From contig CAYNQI010000027.1 of the NCBI GenBank assembly GCA_964399335.1, positions 1-13,346 of the forward strand: a stretch of 13,346 nt of DNA. Reading direction: 5' to 3'. The first letter of the stretch is position 1. Each line of letters starts with the position of its first letter. Shown one piece after another: positions 7,952 to 13,346 of the stretch. Origin of the DNA: an uncultured Thermoplasmata archaeon. GTDB taxonomy: Archaea > Thermoplasmatota > Thermoplasmata > Halarchaeoplasmatales > Halarchaeoplasmataceae. A program made the translations under genes and the position numbers. The notes beneath the pieces are model-generated. The model was given only the letters and a program-made list of their open reading frames with translations. It did no database searches and was not told the origin of the DNA.

Positions 7952-7995
7952 TCTTCGGTTACAGCTTTATGTTAGTAGTTAACGTGGTTATTGAT

Positions 7996-9102
7996 TTACA
8001 GTAATTTTCCCCAAGAATGTTCGAAATTACTGTAGGTTTTACCAATATCTTGTTTTCCAACTTTCAACCTATCTTTTTTTAGTATGAAGTTAAAATCTTT
8101 AACTATCGCAGGGTACTCATTGTAGAATAATACCGATTTCATCAAATACTTTCTTGGTTGTTTGAAACTCCAGTATGCACGAGAATATGCCTGGAGAACA
8201 AGAGTTAGTCTTTTATGGTCATCCTCTCCTTTTACTTCAACGATAGGTAGATCCTTATCAGTATGATAAACTATATCGATATCCTTTCTATCGAATTTAT
8301 ACTCCCTGTCTGTCCCTCTATGATAAAAAATCAGATGTTTAGATAACTCGATATCTCCAAATTCTAAGTGAGAATTTTGTTTAGGTTTGCTCCTGAATAT
8401 TTGAGGGCCTATAAAGGGTTTAAAATATTGGAGGAAACTACCATCTTCACACTGAACCAAACCCCAGTACCAAGGCATGGCAGGTGAGTTGACCGAAACC
8501 CTTTGAAAATATCCCGAACCTGTTACTTTTTCTCCATCTATCAACCCATTAAGTTTCATCCCGTAGATTTTCAATATATTATAATTATAATCTCGGAAGT
8601 AATACTTCTCTTTAAAACGATGATCCTGTAGGTAGGGATTCCAAGGAGTTAATTCAAATCTGAAATCGTTATGTTCATCTATAATATGGACGTGATATTT
8701 TTTGGAATTACCATAGAACCGATAATCCTTACCATTAAAAAATGGCTTCAACTCGCCACTTCCTCCATTCCTTTTGACCTCGAAATCACTTCCCTCTAAA
8801 ACCAAAGGTTCAACCATCTTTTTTCCATCGAACCACCATGCTGCAACCATGCCGTTAAACTTCAGTTTCCCGTTTTCATAAGATGGTGGTTTCTTTTGCT
8901 TCCAAAGTTTCCCATTGACTTCTATCTGCTCAACCTGTTTCGTAGACCACAAGATCATAAGCTGTTTTGGCTTAGATGGATTGGATGGATTATCTATAAA
9001 AAATATCCACCACCACCAATGCCATGAAAGTCCCTCAAGCATGTCATCCGTCTTCAATGACCATATATCTTTATAATGAGGTTCTGCAGAATCGTTAGAC
9101 AT
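7996..9102 (-). CDS. Hypothetical protein, possibly CrtC/AttH/tocopherol-cyclase-like double beta-barrel
   Basis: A long 368-aa open frame in the same orientation as its neighbours, aromatic-rich and beta-strand-like. Motifs SWHWWWWIFF, GLIDGEKVTGSGYFQRVSVNSPAMPWYWG and FEHSWG. The CDS is likely real; the fold call is tentative. Confidence 0.7.
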   Translation of the reverse strand: MSNDSAEPHYKDIWSLKTDDMLEGLSWHWWWWIFFIDNPSNPSKPKQLMILWSTKQVEQIEVNGKLWKQKKPPSYENGKLKFNGMVAAWWFDGKKMVEPLVLEGSDFEVKRNGGSGELKPFFNGKDYRFYGNSKKYHVHIIDEHNDFRFELTPWNPYLQDHRFKEKYYFRDYNYNILKIYGMKLNGLIDGEKVTGSGYFQRVSVNSPAMPWYWGLVQCEDGSFLQYFKPFIGPQIFRSKPKQNSHLEFGDIELSKHLIFYHRGTDREYKFDRKDIDIVYHTDKDLPIVEVKGEDDHKRLTLVLQAYSRAYWSFKQPRKYLMKSVLFYNEYPAIVKDFNFILKKDRLKVGKQDIGKTYSNFEHSWGKLL

Positions 9103-9162
9103 CTAACTGTTGTGACATCGAAATGGTATTTTAGGTTTTGGGTTGGAAATGTGAGTGATATC

Positions 9163-9183
9163 AAAAAACCTTTCCTTAAAGGC
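9163..9183 (-). terminator. Hairpin plus U-tract downstream of tRNA-Leu
   Basis: The minus strand reads GCCTTT-AAGG-AAAGGT-TTTTT. A T6 tract (9231-9226) also directly follows the tRNA 3' end. Confidence 0.45.
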
Positions 9184-9232
9184 TATCTCCGAGAGGGCTA
9201 CACGTTTTTAGTGCAATTTTTTCTCAAAAAAG

Positions 9233-9317
9233 TGCGGGGGAAGGGATTTGAACCCTTGGACCCCTACAGGACAGCGCCCTGAACGCTGCGCCGTTGGCCA
9301 TGCTTGGCTACCCCCGC
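9233..9317 (-). tRNA. tRNA-Leu (anticodon CAG), 85 nt, intronless, CCA not encoded
   Basis: Acceptor stem GCGGGGG/CCCCCGC plus discriminator A. D-arm GCCAAGCATGGCCAACGGC. Anticodon arm CAGCG-TTCAGGG-CGCTG. Long variable arm TCCTGTAGGGGT. T-arm AAGGG-TTCAAAT-CCCTT. Confidence 0.97.
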
Positions 9318-9591
9318 TTAAATGAATTAGGGGTGAAATGAGTAGGAGAGTGAAAAATTTTTCCACATCTATTTTCATCATTAATCATTTCTTAAATATG
9401 AGTTCGAGGACTTGCCTTGAAATATATATCTTTTTGCAAGGGACTTCAAATTTTTTAGGATATATAGTTAATATCTTTCAAAATGTCTGGTTTTCAATAT
9501 AATTACATATCTGAAAATCAGTGGTATATTAAATGATATTGATAGAGATAGCGTACATACTAGGATATGCAGTTTTAATACTTTGCCTTTC

Positions 9592-10530
9592 TTAAGGTGT
9601 GCCTGAAGGTTCAACTCCTTTCTGTATTTCTAAAACTTCCATTCTAAAGGTAAGTTCTTTATTGTTTACTTCGTCGTTAAAATCTATCGTAATTGTATCA
9701 TCAGAAGTGTCAACAACTATTCCTCTTGTATCTTCTGGATTTTGATTTGTGCCATGCCTCAACTGGGAAACTTCTTCCCCAAAACCTTCAATACCTGGAT
9801 GCAAATCCATGTAACTAGCATCAATAATACTTGGTTTCTCTACTTGGTGTCTGACTTTTATTACATCTTCAGATGAATCTATAGAAAGAACTTTTGTAGT
9901 CCAGTCGGTAGACCTATGAATATAACTAGTATATTTTTCATCGACATCAGGATCGTGCATCATTTGTACCATATCTCCCTGTACTGAAAGGACAGTTTTA
10001 TCCCAGTTCCAAAACCTATCAGTTACAACCAGACTACTCTCTGGTTCTTCACCGTACCAGTCTTGGAAGGTTTCTATACTTACTTCCTCGTAAACTGGTA
10101 GTGTTTCAACCGTATCAAACTCGTAAATCAAATCTTCACTCCAGCCAGGATATGCTTTTTCAGGGGGTACTGTGAATGTTTTAGTTTCACCTTCTCTCAT
10201 ACCTACAACATTTTCAACCCAACCATCGATAACCTCTTCTCTATCTACTGTGAATTGAAATGGTTCTCCCCTAGGCCTTTCAACAAAACTTATTATGGTA
10301 TCTTGTTCGACATCTCTGCTGGAATCAAATACCCTTCTGCTATCATAAATCCTTTCATCTTCTAGCCACCCTATATAATGAACCGTTACTTGATCTCCCT
10401 CTTCAACAACCTTCTCCGGTTTTTCTACATCATCTTCCTCTGTAAAATAGTACCTATTGATCCCGTATGCTCCACCAATAGAGGCCGCCGCAACGATTAT
10501 GATTATAATGTAGGTTGTTATTTTGTTCAT
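9592..10530 (-). CDS. Membrane-anchored FKBP-type peptidyl-prolyl cis-trans isomerase (SlyD-like with enlarged insert)
   Basis: N-terminal hydrophobic helix TYIIIIIVAAASIGGAYGI. FKBP motifs GDQVTVHYIG, VFDSS, EVIDGW, GMREGETKTFTVPPEKAY and IDFN...KELTFRMEV. ATG 10530 is used; TTG 10536 is the alternative start. Confidence 0.9.
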   Translation of the reverse strand: MNKITTYIIIIIVAAASIGGAYGINRYYFTEEDDVEKPEKVVEEGDQVTVHYIGWLEDERIYDSRRVFDSSRDVEQDTIISFVERPRGEPFQFTVDREEVIDGWVENVVGMREGETKTFTVPPEKAYPGWSEDLIYEFDTVETLPVYEEVSIETFQDWYGEEPESSLVVTDRFWNWDKTVLSVQGDMVQMMHDPDVDEKYTSYIHRSTDWTTKVLSIDSSEDVIKVRHQVEKPSIIDASYMDLHPGIEGFGEEVSQLRHGTNQNPEDTRGIVVDTSDDTITIDFNDEVNNKELTFRMEVLEIQKGVEPSGTP

Positions 10531-10542
10531 GTTCAATCATAT

Positions 10543-10558
10543 TGACAAAAATGTGTCA
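10543..10558. promoter_or_regulatory. Palindrome TGACA-N6-TGTCA, candidate operator in the divergent FKBP/purA intergenic region
   Basis: Perfect 5-bp half-sites with a 6-nt spacer, between the minus-strand TATA-like TTTATTA (10568-10562) and the FKBP start. Confidence 0.3.
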
Positions 10559-10587
10559 GTGTAATAAATGTTGCGGAAAAATGGTAA

Positions 10588-11919
<1,332 letters not shown>

Positions 11920-11922
11920 CTT

Positions 11923-13346
11923 TTAACACGTATCCGACGCTTTGAACTCCTTTCTATCTTTTTCTCTCTGTTCACCGAAATATTCCATGATATCTTCTCT
12001 AACCTGGGTGGGATATTTCTCATCGAGACAGGCTAAGCACAGTTCACTTTTTTCTCTTTCCAATCCTCTGACTAGACCTTCGATGCTTTGATATGTTAAA
12101 GAATCACAACCTATATCTTCCCTGATTTCTTCTATATCATTGCTGGCCGCTTTCAATTCTTTTTTGGTCGGCATATCTATACCGTAGTAACAGGGAGCCT
12201 TGATAGGCGGACATCCTACTAAAAAGTGTACTTCTTTAGCCCCGGCTCTTCTAACCAACTGTACTAATTTTTTAGAAGTAGTCCCTCTCACGATAGAATC
12301 ATCTACCAAAGCCACTCTTTTACCCTTGACTTCTTCGATGATCGGGTTCAATTTTGTCCTAACCCCGGTATCTCTCGAAAGTTGGTCTGGCATTATGAAA
12401 GTTCTTCCGACGTATCTATTCCTTAACAGTCCTTCCCGATAAGGAACTTTAAGTTCTTCCGCCATTGCTAAAGCATATGTCCTTGCAGTGTCTGGAACGG
12501 GTATAATTACATCTATCTCATGATCATTTTTCTTCCATTCTTTTGCTAATTCTCTCCCCAATCTCAACCTAGTTTCATATACGTTAGTTCTTTCGATGGT
12601 AGAATCTGTTCTAGCAAAATAGACCCATTCGAACATACAATTTTTCGGCATATTAGGTCTAACCTGTCTTGTTTCCATTGTTTTAGTTTCTCTGATCAGG
12701 ATTGCCTCGCCGGGCTTAACGTCTCTAAGTATATCGTATCCCAAGATATCCAAAACGATGTTCTCAGATGCTACTGCAAAACTAGCTCCATCCAGTGTGA
12801 CCTTTTTCCCGAATATCATAGGTCTTATCCCATGTGGATCACGGAACATTAGTAATCCAAAGCCTTGGATCAGTGCTATGACTGAATAGCTTCCATTCAA
12901 ACGGTCCATGGTTCTTCCAACGGCTCTAAATATAGCGCTTTCATCTATCTCTTCTTCCTTAGCTAATTCTCTAGAAAAGACAGCTAATATCAGTTCAAGA
13001 TCACATTGGGATTGAAGATGTAGGTTATCTTCCTCTTCGATCTGTTTATAATTAACGATATTTCCGTTATGGGCCATCCCGATCTTCAAGGGATATACGG
13101 TTTGAAAAGGTTGTGCATCCCTACCGGCCTCGGAACCGATGGTCGGGTATCTCACATGTCCTATACCCATATTACCTTTCATCTCGGTCAAAGTATTTTT
13201 ATCAAAAACATCTCCTACAAGTCCAGGACCTTTGACCATCCGGGTCTTTCCATTTTCTGCGATATATATCCCTGAACCATTTTGCCCACGATGCTGGATA
13301 GCAAACAATCCATTGTATAATTCTAATGGTGCCCTGTCCGTTCCTA
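11923..13346 (-). CDS. purF: Amidophosphoribosyltransferase (5' end outside the window)
   Basis: The frame stays open to the window edge (GTDRAPLELYNGLFAIQHRGQ), so the TTG at 13308 is not the true start and the catalytic N-terminal Cys lies beyond the window. Motifs QHRGQ, GIGHVRYPT, AHNGNI, PRPP-binding LVDDSIVRGTTS. Fe-S ligands match the Bacillus type: NCMFEWVY, PCYYGID, CLAC. Confidence 0.97.
   Translation of the reverse strand, partial: GTDRAPLELYNGLFAIQHRGQNGSGIYIAENGKTRMVKGPGLVGDVFDKNTLTEMKGNMGIGHVRYPTIGSEAGRDAQPFQTVYPLKIGMAHNGNIVNYKQIEEEDNLHLQSQCDLELILAVFSRELAKEEEIDESAIFRAVGRTMDRLNGSYSVIALIQGFGLLMFRDPHGIRPMIFGKKVTLDGASFAVASENIVLDILGYDILRDVKPGEAILIRETKTMETRQVRPNMPKNCMFEWVYFARTDSTIERTNVYETRLRLGRELAKEWKKNDHEIDVIIPVPDTARTYALAMAEELKVPYREGLLRNRYVGRTFIMPDQLSRDTGVRTKLNPIIEEVKGKRVALVDDSIVRGTTSKKLVQLVRRAGAKEVHFLVGCPPIKAPCYYGIDMPTKKELKAASNDIEEIREDIGCDSLTYQSIEGLVRGLEREKSELCLACLDEKYPTQVREDIMEYFGEQREKDRKEFKASDTC

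Noticed and set aside
9076-9282. 68-aa plus-strand ORF from the track
   Set aside because: It overlaps the tRNA-Leu and the hypothetical gene antisense, so it is a shadow ORF.
9338-9502. 54-codon plus-strand ORF with GGGGTGA upstream
   Set aside because: F/I/N/S-rich composition typical of AT-rich non-coding DNA, antisense to the tRNA promoter region, and no recognisable motif.
9103-9591. Integrated element at tRNA-Leu
   Set aside because: No integrase and no duplicated tRNA 3' end (att site) found in the window. Flanking genes look chromosomal.

Overview
An AT-rich window of mostly housekeeping genes from an archaeon. The archaeal call rests on the archaeal-type DnaG, TATA-like promoters, oligo-T terminators and a tRNA with no encoded CCA. 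A Thermoplasmatota-like lineage is my inference only. Gene order: DUF1611/DgcN-like P-loop protein (5'-truncated, +), GNAT acetyltransferase (+), ppdK (-), dnaG (-), COG1407-type metallophosphoesterase (-), TPR protein (-), Trp-rich hypothetical protein with possible CrtC/tocopherol-cyclase-like fold (-), tRNA-Leu(CAG) (-), membrane-anchored FKBP-type PPIase (-), purA (+), purF (-, 5' end outside the window). I found no mobile element, CRISPR array or defence system. The strongest unexplained signal is a ~160-nt element in the dnaG upstream region: a 22-bp inverted repeat enclosing internal hairpins, with wobble pairs favouring the dnaG strand, consistent with a candidate structured leader RNA. 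Other oddities are an exact 48-aa periodicity in the TPR protein, a triplicated insert-in-flap motif in the FKBP, and the DUF1611-GNAT pairing.
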